From Mayamaea pseudoterrestris (taxonomy: Eukaryota): 64,000 nucleotides of DNA. A program made the translations under genes and the position numbers. The stretch's first letter is position 1. The number at the start of each line of letters is the position of its first letter. A model generated the notes under the pieces. That model did no database searches. It saw only the letters and a program-made list of their open reading frames with translations, and was not told the origin of the DNA. This document shows, piece by piece, positions 35,171-47,400 of the stretch. The stretch spans positions 2,542,001-2,606,000 of the forward strand of contig BROI01000001.1 of NCBI GenBank assembly GCA_027923505.1. The letters are read 5' to 3'.

Positions 35171-35835
35171 AAACTCAATAGGCTTAGTGCCATTTCGAAT
35201 CAGCGATGGAACTTGTTGTTTTCAGGTGTCTTAACTCAAAGGAATTGTGCAGAACATGACAAAAGTTGGGTGTAGATAATGATACGGTAGCATGATCCCT
35301 TTACTTGGGCACTAACTGCTTGTTGTTTATAGATTCTAATGTCAGCAGGCCGCAAGAAGTACTTTGAATTGCGGTTACAATATGCTACTCTGGCAGACGA
35401 CTCTTTTAAGAGGCTGAGCAAGCTATTGTATGTCATCAACCCGCACTAGTGACCACTTCATTTAAGTGAATTGTAACAAAGTTAGTCGTCCAGTTGTCGC
35501 GAGCAAAAACTCGGTCGGGATCGCAGAGCGATTGCCGTCTTTTCAAACACGCTTGGTCGAGATTCTCAGCGTAAGGCGAAGCGTCACCATGCGCTGCGCG
35601 CGGACGATCCACACAACGCTGCAACGCTCCCTTCTGCTTCGATCTGTTTGGTTATTTGTAACCGATAGCTATCACGACCTTTAAAGCGATTTATTCGTTG
35701 CGGGAGATTGTTAAGAAACTTTTAAACGCCCCTTTCTTAAGAAGTTTCATTACTCGACAAACATCGAACTGCTTCCACGAGAATCATCCGATTGAAACCA
35801 TACTTTACAAATAAACCTTACTCCATCTACATAAC

Positions 35836-37490
35836 ATGTCAAATGAAACCATGGACGACGAGCTCGTCTCGCAATTCATGAGCTTCACTGGAAGCGCGGA
35901 TGCTACTCGCGCCGCCAGCTACTTGGAAATGAGTGGCGGCGACCTGCAAACCGCCGTGAGTCTCTACATGGAGCATGAAACTGGCAATGAAGGCACTAGC
36001 GGCGGCGGCGGCGGCGGAAACTTTGGTGCCGCATCCATGGGAGGCGGTGGCGGAGCGGAGGATGCGATTCGCGCGCCGGATGCGACGCGCACCATGCGTC
36101 TCATGGACGATATTCCTGGCATGATGGCTGGCGGCGGCGGCATGGGCGGACTAATGCACGGGCATGCTGGCATGGATCCTTCCATGCAGCTTATGAATGC
36201 CATGATGGAGGAGCAGTTTGCGCAGTCAGCCTTTGGAAGCGCGTTTAATAACTCTGGAGGTCGCGTGGATCCGCGCGCTGCCATTAATGCGGCGGCTGCT
36301 GCTGGCCTCGACGATGATGACGAAGACGATGACTCGTATCATATGGCGCAGGTCGATGACGATGATGACGACGAAGTGCAAGTCGTGGCTCCGCCTGAGC
36401 CGCCGCGGCTGTCTGACATGTTTGCGGCGCCGACGCATCTCATACACAGAACTGGAGGATTCAATGGAGCGCGGGCCATGGCCAAGGATTCGAAGCGCTG
36501 GCTACTAGTCAATGTTCAATCGGACAAGGAGTTTTCATCGCATGCTCTTAACCGTGATGTTTGGCGCGATGAACTTGTTGAGAACCTTATCCGAGAAGGG
36601 TTCATCTTCTGGCAGACGGTAAGTCGTTGCCATGCGGAGGCAACAATGGGTCAGAATGCCGCACTTCTTCTCACATGGATTCCTCTTTAAATCTAATAGA
36701 TGGACGACAATCCGGACGGCCGGACATTTTGCGAACGCTACCAGGTTCATGTTTTTCCTCATATTTCCATTATTGATCCTCGCACCGGCCGCTTGATGTG
36801 GCGCAAGGAAGGATGGACGCAGCAGAATCCAGTCACTGTGGAGTTCTTTGCTGAAATGGCCATGGACTTTTGTTCTCGCAACTCGTTTGATCGAGCGCCA
36901 CAGGCTCCTCGTCAAGCGGCGGCTGCGGGAGTACGACCTGCGCCGCAGAAGCGCTCAATGAATGAAATGAGTGAGGACGAACAGTTGGAGGCGGCCATGC
37001 GAGCAAGTATTGAGGATGCTGTAGGAGGGGGTGACGATGGAAGCTCGGCTGCAGAGGAGAAAGTTATGGAAATCGATGAAGAAGATTCGAAACCTGCGGC
37101 TGTCGAAGAATCAAAGCCTTCAATGACTGACGAACTGCTTGCCATGAATGTCCCTGCCGAGCCTGCTAAAGGAGCCCGAATTCAGTTTCGAATGCCTGAC
37201 GGAAAGAAAGTGGTTCGCAGCTTTGACGAATCTGACTCTGTCAAGACAATTTATGCCTTTATTGCGGTAAGTCCGTTCCTTTGCCGTATCTTTCACCCGC
37301 TTCGTTCGGAGTGTTGCTAACTTGCTAATTGATCTGCTTGTTACAGCAATCGTTGGAGGAAGCTCGCGGCGGTCGCGCCGTTTCCTTAATGTCCGGATAT
37401 CCACCGAACGAGCTCATCAATGATATCGATAGTACGATTGATGAGTGCAAACTTTCTGGACAAATCATTACGGTTCGTTGGCAAACTTGA
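35836..37490 (+). CDS. UBX domain protein (UBXN7-like: UBA, UAS, UIM, UBX); exons 35836-36618, 36700-37266, 37347-37490
   Basis: VSQFMSFTG UBA; KRWLLVNVQ..EFSSHALNRDVW UAS; SEDEQLEAAMRAS UIM; RIQFRMPDG...GYPP UBX; GT-AG introns keep the frame. Confidence 0.92.
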
Positions 37491-37628
37491 AGTGACATTG
37501 CATTTGTTGCATGAGGTATTCGCACGCAAAGGCACACTGTAAAACATTACTGTATGTAACGATGCTTAAGGTAAATCTATAGACATGGTATCAGTCTTTG
37601 TAATCTTTGCGCGTTTATATCAATTAGC

Positions 37629-37793
37629 TTAATGCTTGTCAATGGAAGGAACCAACATTTTCTTGTAAACCGTGTCGCAGACGAGGTAGGTTCCGTAAAT
37701 TACGACTGCGTACTTGAGACCAGGAAATGGCTCTCTCCAAAGGTTGGTGAAGAGAGGATGGCGTCGCCATGCGTCTTGTCCTTTGAATACCAT
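37629..37793 (-). CDS. NDUFB3: Complex I subunit B12/NDUFB3-like
   Basis: 54 aa: DAWRRHP.F...FPGL plus one hydrophobic helix. Confidence 0.75.
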   Translation of the reverse strand: MVFKGQDAWRRHPLFTNLWREPFPGLKYAVVIYGTYLVCDTVYKKMLVPSIDKH

Positions 37794-38328
37794 ACTTAGA
37801 GCTGTGTGAATAAGAAAAAGATTATGCACGCACATCTTAGTGCCATTCAATTCAACTTCACGTCATACTCATCGCAGTTATTGAGCGTCTCAAGCATCTA
37901 TATAATAGAATTATCAGACTTCCTGAAGCATCTGGTATTACGTACGATGAATTGAAGAGAGGAGCAAAGATAATGAAGGTCTTTTCTTGGCTGTCAAGTG
38001 CAGGTGATCTCCATGGTCGCGCGCTTCGTGCGTCGCAATCTAAACCCTAAGTAAGGACTTCAAGGTTATTCACGTCAGCCGGGTCTGGAATCTCAGGACT
38101 CACGATCTCAAGTGTCGCTCCATTACTCCAAAATTCCGAGTGTCGTCGCCGATGTGGGATGATGGGAGAGTTCTTCATCAGTGTTCCGTCGCCATCAAGA
38201 CTACAACAGTCAAGTTCTCACAAGCATTCAACGGGCCAGCGCTCTTATTCATACACTCGTTCCCTTGCTGAAGCAAACATATCTTGATTGGGCTCTCTTG
38301 TTGTCGATTTTGGGCTGCTGATTCGACG

Positions 38329-40124
38329 ATGATTTCAGGTTCTCGTCAAATTCGCAATCAGGTATTCCGGAGTCTCCTGCCGAATCGTGGAGCATCCTCG
38401 AGGCTGTCTGCAATGCAATCCTTTAGCTCGGCGCGTCCTCTTCCAAGTTATGACTATCATGAAGCGCCAGCTCCTCGTTCACGCATGATGCGAAAGAAGG
38501 TTGCATCGATTCCTTCAAATTTGACGGTGATTGTCGAACCAGAACACGAGACACCTGCCATCGTTGTTTCTGCAAGCGAGGCGGACGTTTGCAATGATCC
38601 GTTTGAAAGCAGGTCTCCCATGACTTTGAAATTTATTGACCGCGAATGTCCAATCGTGAGCAAGCTGCATCTTGTGACTCCAGCGGATGATGTTCCGCGC
38701 GGCGTCTGGCCGGTCTTTCGACTCATGGTATGACTGCTTCGTTATTAGTTGCATCTTGCATCTGTGCAATCATTACTTATCGTAGTTGTCTCTTTCTGCT
38801 TTTAGGATGAAAACGGAAGCTTTCGCGACCCAGCTTGTGACTCCATGGAGAATCCCATTGCAACAACGGGCAGCTCCACGACGACCCGGCGCACAAGCGT
38901 TGACTATAACATCGACGAGCTCAAACGCCAACTACTAGACGAATATCCGTTTCAGTCTACTGAAATTACAAAGTCAGGACTATTAGAGTCTGCCAAGAAT
39001 GATTTTGCCGATACGCAAACGAAGAATACATTATTACGAGTGCATGCGCAAATGATGCGGCTCCGCGAAATGGATGAGATCCTTTTGAACGCTCAACGAC
39101 AGGGACGCATTTCGTTTTACATGACTTGCCGAGGGGAGGAAGCGATTCATATGGGAGCAGCTTCGGCTCTTGACTTGGGCGATCCAGTCTTTGCTCAGTA
39201 TCGAGAACAGGGCTTGCTAATGTGGCGAGGTTTTACGTTGGATCAGTTTTGCAACCAGTGTTTTAGCAACAAGGCGGATTTAGGCAAGGGCCGACAGATG
39301 CCTGTTCACTATGGATCGTAAGTTTTTGCATTGAGCTGCGTTACTGCTTTGGTTGCGTAACAATAGGTTGCTGACACTGATATGTTAAATACAGGCGAGC
39401 ACTAAACTACCACACAATTTCTTCCCCTCTTGGCACTCAAATTCCGCAAGCTGTTGGAGCGGCGTACCGACTCAAATTGGCAGGACTTCCAAACGTTGTC
39501 TTGTGCGTGTTTGGTGATGGCTGCGCCTCGACGACCGATTTCCACTCGGGCATGAACTTTGCCGCGACACTCAACGCCCCAGTTATATTTCTATGTCGAA
39601 ACAATGGATATGCCATTTCGACGCCAGTGACTGACCAGTATGCTGGAGACGGCATTGTTTCGCGAGCACCAGGATATGGAATGGCAGCCATTCGCGTTGA
39701 TGGCAATGATGTATTTGCCATGCACGCCGCTGTTCGCGAGGCCAAGAAATATGCCTTGGAGAATAATGCGCCAGTCTTCATTGAAGCAATGACGTATCGA
39801 CAGGGTCACCACAGCACTTCGGACGACTCGACGCGATATCGAAGTAAAGAAGAGATTGAAGATTATGCGCAGCCAACCGATCCGTTGGCTCGACTCGGTT
39901 ACTTTTTGCGTCGCCATAATTGGATGACGACGGAAAAGGAGGCGGAAATTCGCAGCCAAGAAAAGATTGCAGTTTTGAAGGCCATGGGGCAAGCGGAGCG
40001 TCTCCCTCCTCCTTCACTCGAGTCTCTATTCACTGACGTTTACCACGAAATTCCTCCGCATTTGATGGAGCAGCAAGACCAGCTGCGAAACCACATGGCA
40101 AAGTATCCTCAAAAGTACAAGTAA
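38329..40124 (+). CDS. BCKDHA: Branched-chain 2-oxoacid dehydrogenase E1 alpha; exons 38329-38727, 38806-39317, 39395-40124
   Basis: AQRQGRISFYMT, QYRE, GKGRQMPVHYGS, TPP motif GDG...CRNN, YRQGHHSTSDDS; mitochondrial-type N-terminus. Confidence 0.96.
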
Positions 40125-42177
40125 GCCGTTGACCGACAATGAAAAATACTTCTATCCATCGCGCATGACGCCTCAAATACATGTTGCATTTTGAGGGAAA
40201 TTTTTACTGCGGCTGTGTATCTGCGCAGCAAACAAAGCACACGAAACGAAGATATAGAGTGAGAATAAGCAAAACTGCATATAGAAACAAGTTTGATACA
40301 ATAGTGTCACGAGCTTCCGACGCATCCGGCCTGTCATGTAGGTCACGGACGCTTCCTATAGTTGCTCGGCTAAATTGTTCTTGGCTTGTCCAAGGCAGAG
40401 ATTATAATCATTGTAAAAGGCCAAATCTCCATGGCAGAGGGACAGCCGTCGTTACACACCCAAATGATAAACGTCGGCAGGATCAATTGGAAAATATAGT
40501 CTTCCTCAGTAAAATGTAGGACATGTTGCTTCGTCATTCGTTTCGCATTTGGTGTATGTAAAGGTCGAGATTGCAAGCGATTGATGATAACTTACATGCG
40601 CCTTTCGTCGCGAACGTTGCATGGTCTCTAAAACTGCTGTGAAATGATACGAACGACAAGTTGAGCCAAGTGAAAGGAGCAGATTAGCCATGCTTTCATG
40701 CACAACGGATCTCTCATGTAATACATGCGTTTTTCGTCCTCATTCTTTACGAGTCGGATAGAGCTAATAGTTTGTAATCAGCGAGTTCCGTTATTCCGAA
40801 ATGCAGCAATAAATTGATACGTACATGATCTGATTCAAGCAATTCCGACATTGGATGGTCTGCTACCGGTAGCGGCGTGCAGTATCATACACCGCCATGG
40901 TCAAAATTGCAAGTGAGTGTTGACGAAGAAACGGATGGCTCTCCCCGCGATGGTTCGCCTGGCGCATCGGACAGACGAAGACGGTATGGTAGCTAAACCT
41001 GGGCCAGAAGCAAGCTAACACGAAGCAAAAACCAGGGCATCACAGTCTAAACAGATATTAATCAAATTTCAAGGATCATTACTCTTATAGGAAAAGGTAT
41101 GGTACGAGATTCCTTTTGTTGACGAAGCGGCAACGTCGGCGAAATGCCGTAGCAGGCAACATTGTGACAGCCGCCGCTCGTGAACGATTGAGGCTGACAA
41201 GCGTCATAAAAGTGCTTTTTAATTGCATGGAAACAACGATGCCTACCATTCGTAAAGTTATATGATTGTAGATCCGCTAAACCGGAATCGGTCGTAACTA
41301 CATGTCATCTGAAATCATGCAGCCGCCGCATATGTGTACGACCCTCCATATGTATCATCCATTAAAATCCATCATAAATCATTTATTCTCCATGTCCTTC
41401 CAGCTCAAAATCGCCCTTCTTTCGTCGCTTCAATCGCTCCGCCTCGGGATCTTCAAACGCCGTCAGTAAAATGTATGCCAAAACGATCAGCGGCGACGCT
41501 GCGAATATCAGCTAAACAGGAAAAGAAGATTACATATTCGTGAGTAATTTATCATCAAGCAAAATTTTTACTTTTGTTTGACAGTCTTGCTCATGTAATT
41601 GTACAGCTGCTCGTCCTCGCGTCATGCGCCGTCGAACGTCTGAGCGAAGGCATGCGCACCGCTTTACTGCTTCGCCACTTAACAGCAAGCTGCCATTACA
41701 ATAAACCGTCTCTCGGCAGCACTAACCTTTGCAGCGGCAATGGCATAGTCTAATGGTGTTTCCAGCTCGACATTCGCCATGGTTGCGGCGTTTGTTGCGA
41801 TGTCAGGTCCGTCTCGAGTCTCGAGGTGAGGGGAGCTGATGCTGTGATGCATGGACGCGAGCGTGACGGAAATTCATTGCCGTTGCGACTTATTGCGATC
41901 ATCCTTAACGCTAACAATTTTCCCAACGGAGTTGTCCACGTCACCCAAATTCTCAACCGCCGCGACTCGCGTGACGGCGACGAATCGCTCGAAACGAAGC
42001 CTTCCGCGTGATTGCCTCTTGGCACCAAGATTCGAGGCAGAACGAATCTATCCTTGCGCATGTTCCGCCATTATCAAATCTTGTCTGCAACCTGCGCGAG
42101 GAGAATCTTTAGCTCGTCTCACTAAAATCTCACTTCCAAGTGTTGCCTTGCAAGCTGCAGAAGCTGTGAAGATCAAG

Positions 42178-43158
42178 ATGACTGGACTACGAGGAGCCTT
42201 TCGTCGGATGCCCCAACTGACACTCTCGAGTCATTTCTCTCTACGACAAGGCTCAGCGAGGATCTTTTCATCGCAAGCCTTGGCTTCGTCTTCCTATGCC
42301 AGTTCTACCATGGACTTGGTGGACCATGACTATGAAAGCTGGGCGGATGGCACAGGTTGGGCGTCGTCGTCCTCACGCATTCGTTCCACAATTCCGTACG
42401 GATCCGAACATGACTTTGATCCGTCCTTGACAGCAACGACGCGAAACCCGATTCAGTATGACTTTCACACTTGGAATCAGCTCTGTGATGCTGTCGAAAG
42501 CTCCAAATATTACAAGCGAATGGTTGCTGTCGAAATGGACATGGTTGAGGCAAGCAGTTCGCGTCAAGATTACGACAAGATTTTGTTCCTGATCCATCAC
42601 GGAGAGGAAGAATCTGTGCAGCCTCAAGATTCCAATGCGTTTATTCCGCAAGACTCCAAGCTTTCCGACCGAGGAGTCGGCCAAGCACTATCGCTGGCCC
42701 GACGCATTAGCGCCTTTTGCAACAGTGAAACGCGCCTCTTGCCGGAGCTCTTTATATTGGCACCCCTGCGACAAGTCCTGCAGACGGCCATGCTGGCGCT
42801 TCCCCACTATTCACCCTTTTACTCGTTTCAACACATTCCCTGGCTCTGTCATGCCGCAGCTGCCACAACGACGACTCATCCGAACGCTGCTAAGCGGCAG
42901 GAGCAGCTTGCCGGCGCCGCGGCCTCATCGTTGGTGCAGAACCAGTTGGTTGCAGCATCAGGCAATGACGACAAGACGGAATGGTATGAACGCACGGACG
43001 CCGTCTTGGACATGATTCGTGAGCGAGACGAACAAGTCATTGTGGTGTGCACCGAGTCAAACTGGTTGCAGTCGTTTGGGTGTTTGGCGCAGTACCAGCG
43101 GTCGCAGCAGCTCTTTCGCAATGGCGAAATGCGAGTCATTGGTATCAACTTTGTTTGA
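42178..43158 (+). CDS. Phosphoglycerate mutase/histidine phosphatase-like protein, degenerate active site
   Basis: KILFLIHHGE, DSKLSDRGVGQA, APLRQVLQTA, C-terminal FRNGEMR; Arg/Ser-rich N-terminus. Confidence 0.75.
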   Translation: MTGLRGAFRRMPQLTLSSHFSLRQGSARIFSSQALASSSYASSTMDLVDHDYESWADGTGWASSSSRIRSTIPYGSEHDFDPSLTATTRNPIQYDFHTWNQLCDAVESSKYYKRMVAVEMDMVEASSSRQDYDKILFLIHHGEEESVQPQDSNAFIPQDSKLSDRGVGQALSLARRISAFCNSETRLLPELFILAPLRQVLQTAMLALPHYSPFYSFQHIPWLCHAAAATTTTHPNAAKRQEQLAGAAASSLVQNQLVAASGNDDKTEWYERTDAVLDMIRERDEQVIVVCTESNWLQSFGCLAQYQRSQQLFRNGEMRVIGINFV

Positions 43159-44431
43159 AAGCAAATCAAGCTGGACGAAAGAGGCTATACTACATGAAAC
43201 ATACATATTTTAGGATTATGTCGCGTGCGAGGATGGAGGGACGGTTGCCCTGCATTCGAAGATGCAACACTATAACACCGCTACTAGTCGGTCATTTTTT
43301 ACTTTGATTTTGTAGCATTGCTATACTATCGTCAGCTCTTATACAGTAGTATTGTAAATCGGCATAGAAGGATAGAAGCTCCCACCAAACTCGCTATAAC
43401 AATATCTGTACTACTATTATTTATCGAAAGCTCACCGCATGACTGGGCACGTAGTATGGCTTGCCGAGTCCGGCAGGAATGGAGGACATTTTGGACGACA
43501 TGTCGGCAGTAAAGGCCGCCATCTTTCCAAGCTTGACGGGAGCAGTGCCAACAATGGGGGCCATGCGGTCCATTCTTGCCGTGACTGCAATTTGTAGAAA
43601 GTAGGAACGTGATAATAAGTGAGTAATGAAGAAGAACGCGTGGAGCCAGCAGCATAGTCAAATAGCGCGCATTAAACTTACCAGGCTTGAATACGGAAGC
43701 ATACTTGAGAGGCGACTGAGACAAGCTGTAGAGAAGAAGGATGTGTAAGTATTTGAATCTGATTGGCCTCATTGTAATGATGAAAGATGCAGCTTGCAAA
43801 CTCATTCCACGCGTTTGACTCAATCTCGGCCAAAATTCACGTTTCCGTCACTTTCGAATCAAGCAGGAATGTTGCTATATCATTCGCGCAAAGGGGAAAA
43901 GGTACTGCAGCCCATTGCTCCGTCTCGCTATGGACTATGGAAATGCTCCTTTCACGGCCCAATCACTAAAGACGCGCCGATTGACCAAGTTCCTTTCTAA
44001 TAGCTGGGGCCCTTGTACTTTACTTGTCATTAAAAATCAAAGGATCAATTTCATTGTTATCCTCTTCTTCGCGTCGAGGTACGTTCATGCCATCGAGGGT
44101 GCTTGGAGCTAATTTAGAATCGCCACCTAATGCTGTGTCGTCTCTAGACTTTAATACAGTATCTATTCCTTCCTTACCCCGTTAGAACCGTCTTGTTGCT
44201 AATAACTTTGGGAATAGAGACCATGGTGGAAGGAGAGATATACTCGTTGGAGGTGTGTTTTGGGTTTTGTGGCGCAACCAAACGAGCGGACTCACTCGAA
44301 ACTTGATAACCGCTACGACTTATTAAAGTCGCTGCGACACAGGTCGGACGCGGCAACATCGCAGCCGATCAGCGACACTCAAAATTGGGTGTTGCCATGG
44401 CTGCAATCTTACTCTCCCTTTTACATTCATC

Positions 44432-47400
44432 ATGACTAAAACAGACGATGCTAGTACTCCAGACAATGCAAGCAGCATTCACAATAACCAATGGCTATTT
44501 TTTCCATGGCATACATCTGCCATTGCCAGCATTGGTCGTCACCACCAGCACCACCCTCGCTTGACGGATGCAGACGCAAACCATGACGACAATGACAGTC
44601 GCAACGACTACATATTGACGCAGTTTCCGCCCTACGGATCCACGCAGCAGCGCTCGCAGCATCCCGATGTTCCGCCCGACTGGCTGAACCACCTTTCGCA
44701 GCTTTCGGCGCTGGCGACACTTTCGGAGCAGCAGCAAGCGGATGCGATTTCATCTTCAAAACATGGAGCAGCACAGAGTAACGCAAATGAGAAACAAGCA
44801 GAGGAGACTTTGGACTTTGAATGGGAGGCGAGTGAGCAGGAATTGTGGATGGTGCCGTCGTCGTTGCAGCAGCAGCAGCAAGGTGATCCGGCGAAAGGAA
44901 ACGCTGCAATCAGCAATGTAAATGTAGTCAAGGACTCCAAAGGAAGACGAAAGGACAAACGACAAGGCGACTCTGCTATTGAGGAACAGGTTGGAGACGT
45001 TGTTCCAGACGATAGTTTGTCGTGGCGAGAGCGGCGGAAGCAACGACTGCAGTTGCAGCTCCTGGAAAATCAGCCGCAGTGTCGCAAATGTCAAGCCACC
45101 ATGACGCCATTGTCGGTATCGCAGAATGTTTGCGTGAAATGCCGTTGGAAGGAAAAGTGCAATCTTGTGTCTGCTACCAAGCAGGTTGTCAAGGAAGATA
45201 AGACTGCTGTAGCGGATCAAGCAATGAAGGAAATGCCTGACCAGTGTGTCACCAACCCGGTTGCCCCCTCTCTAGACAACCCAAAAAGTCCAGATATTCA
45301 ATCTAAAGCAAGTGAAGATTTACATTTGCATGGAGCGAAAAACAGTCGGACGGATGATTCAGCTGCAGCGGTAGTCAAAGTTCCTTCCGTGGAGGCTTTA
45401 CCGGCAAGTCAATCGTCTACAACTGCTCCGGCGACTCGACGGGAGGGAAACGTGCATTTGGGAGCAACGGCGGCCAGTCACTTGCAGGTCGTTGCGAAAC
45501 ACTTGCTGCAGCTACATGCGCCCATTCTTTGGAACATGCATGCTACATCAATCTCGAGTAAGAAGAAACCAATCTCGGCCGATCGACACCACGCGGCATG
45601 GATCAATACGTTGCTAATGTTCGCCACCAAGACGGTTTCACGAGTCAATCCAAACGTCAAGGAGAATGGTGACTTGCTTGACGTTTGCCCGCACGTAAAG
45701 ATCAAGACGATTGCTGGAGGACGCGATTTGGGAAGGGACTGTGCCTACTTTAGCGGCGTCATGTTTCGCAAAACTGTTTCGCATAAAGTAATGCGGGCGA
45801 ACATTCATCAACCGCGAATCTTGCTCTTGCAGAATGGAATAGAATTCTATCAACCCATGCTGTCCATGGTTTCATCGTCGAATGTGAGCGCTGGCAGTGG
45901 TCGGCACGCCGATGTCGGTAGGGGTGCCATTAGTCGATCCGGTAGCACTATTTCGGCGGCAACGTCTTCGTCGCGACGAGGAGGCAGCGCTGGGAATGCG
46001 AATGCAGCGGGCGCATCTACCAACGCTGGTACGGCAGCATCTGCTACCGACGAGCCAGTCGTGCTTTCATCACTCGACACGTTGATGGAGTTTGAGGACA
46101 AATTCTTGGATAGGCTAGTGAGCCAGTTGGTGCAAAAATTTCGACCAGATGTGCTTATGACGGGCGGAACTGTTAGTCGACGTGCCCTGGAAATGCTTTC
46201 GCAATCAAACGTTACAGTGATTAGTCACCTGAAGCCCAATTTATTGCAACGGATAGCTCGGCAGACGCAAGCAAAAATTTTAACAGCGGAAGAGATTAAA
46301 AATCTTATGCTGCACCCAGATAACGATATGGATGGTGCCGCTTTGGAAGAAACGATGGTTGGCAGATGTCATCGGTTCCGAATGGTGACCTTTCGCGACA
46401 ATGAAGTGTGGACAGATAATGCTGAAGCGCAATCTGCCCGACGAGTTGCCGAAGACGCAGTGTTGGCTCTACCTCGTCGTCCGTTGCGTTCAATTGAAGC
46501 TCTCTTGGCCGATCCGGAGGCGATGTATCATGATCGGCAAGCAGCATTAGTTGCGAGGCAATTGGGAGAACATGTTCTTGACGGCTCTGAGGCAGTCAAA
46601 GCTGGACTTGCGAAGCGTGGTGTGGCTCAAACGTTCGTCTTGCTGGAGGGTTGCCCCAAGCATTTAGGATGTACGGTCGTTTTGCGTGGGGCGCAGAAGG
46701 ATGCCTTGAAACAATTAAAAGTCGTTTTTCGATTTTTGGTTAATGTTGCTTACAATCTACGTCTTGAGACAAGCTACTTCCGTGAACGCAGTGTACGTAT
46801 CCGTCCTGGTTTTCAAATATCCGATCGCAACGCTTTCAGCTCATCGCTTTGCGTGGATTATGGTGCGCCTCCTGCTGGGAAAAAGGTTCGTCCTTGGAAT
46901 GGAAGTAACGCAGAAAAAATACCTCGTACCAGCACTGGCGAGATTACGGCTTTTGACCACCAATCGATCTTGATTACTTCGGTTTGGATGACGCAAAAGA
47001 GCCAGTGTTGCCCGGCGGAGGTAAAAGGTATATGCTACTATTCCATGCAAGACGTTGCCCTTGGCCAATTTCTTCGCGATTCTTGTTTCAATCTCTCGCT
47101 CAAGTGTCAAAATCCGAATTGCAAGAAATCAGTCTTGGATCATTCACTCTCGTTCGTCCACAACGATGGACTTGTGAGCATTACTGTCGAGGAACTAGAC
47201 GAAGAGCTCTCCCAAATTCCGAGGGAATCATCTGCGACACGCCCAGCGTCAGATAAGAAGTCATCTGCATCGACTGAGACTGATCGACCGATATATACTT
47301 GGTCTCTTTGCAAAAATTGCAATAAAATTGTATCTCCTCTACGATTAGTCGGCGAGGATACTTGGAAGTATTCTTTTGGGAAATTTTTAGAGTCTTTCTT

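Noticed and set aside
38042..38050. AAACCCTAA telo-box between NDUFB3 and BCKDHA
   Set aside because: Single 9-mer with no supporting context.
40181..41750. Long intergenic stretch with short ORFs (also 31288-32808 and 43318-44359)
   Set aside because: No protein motif, tRNA cloverleaf, snRNA signature or terminal repeats detectable by eye.
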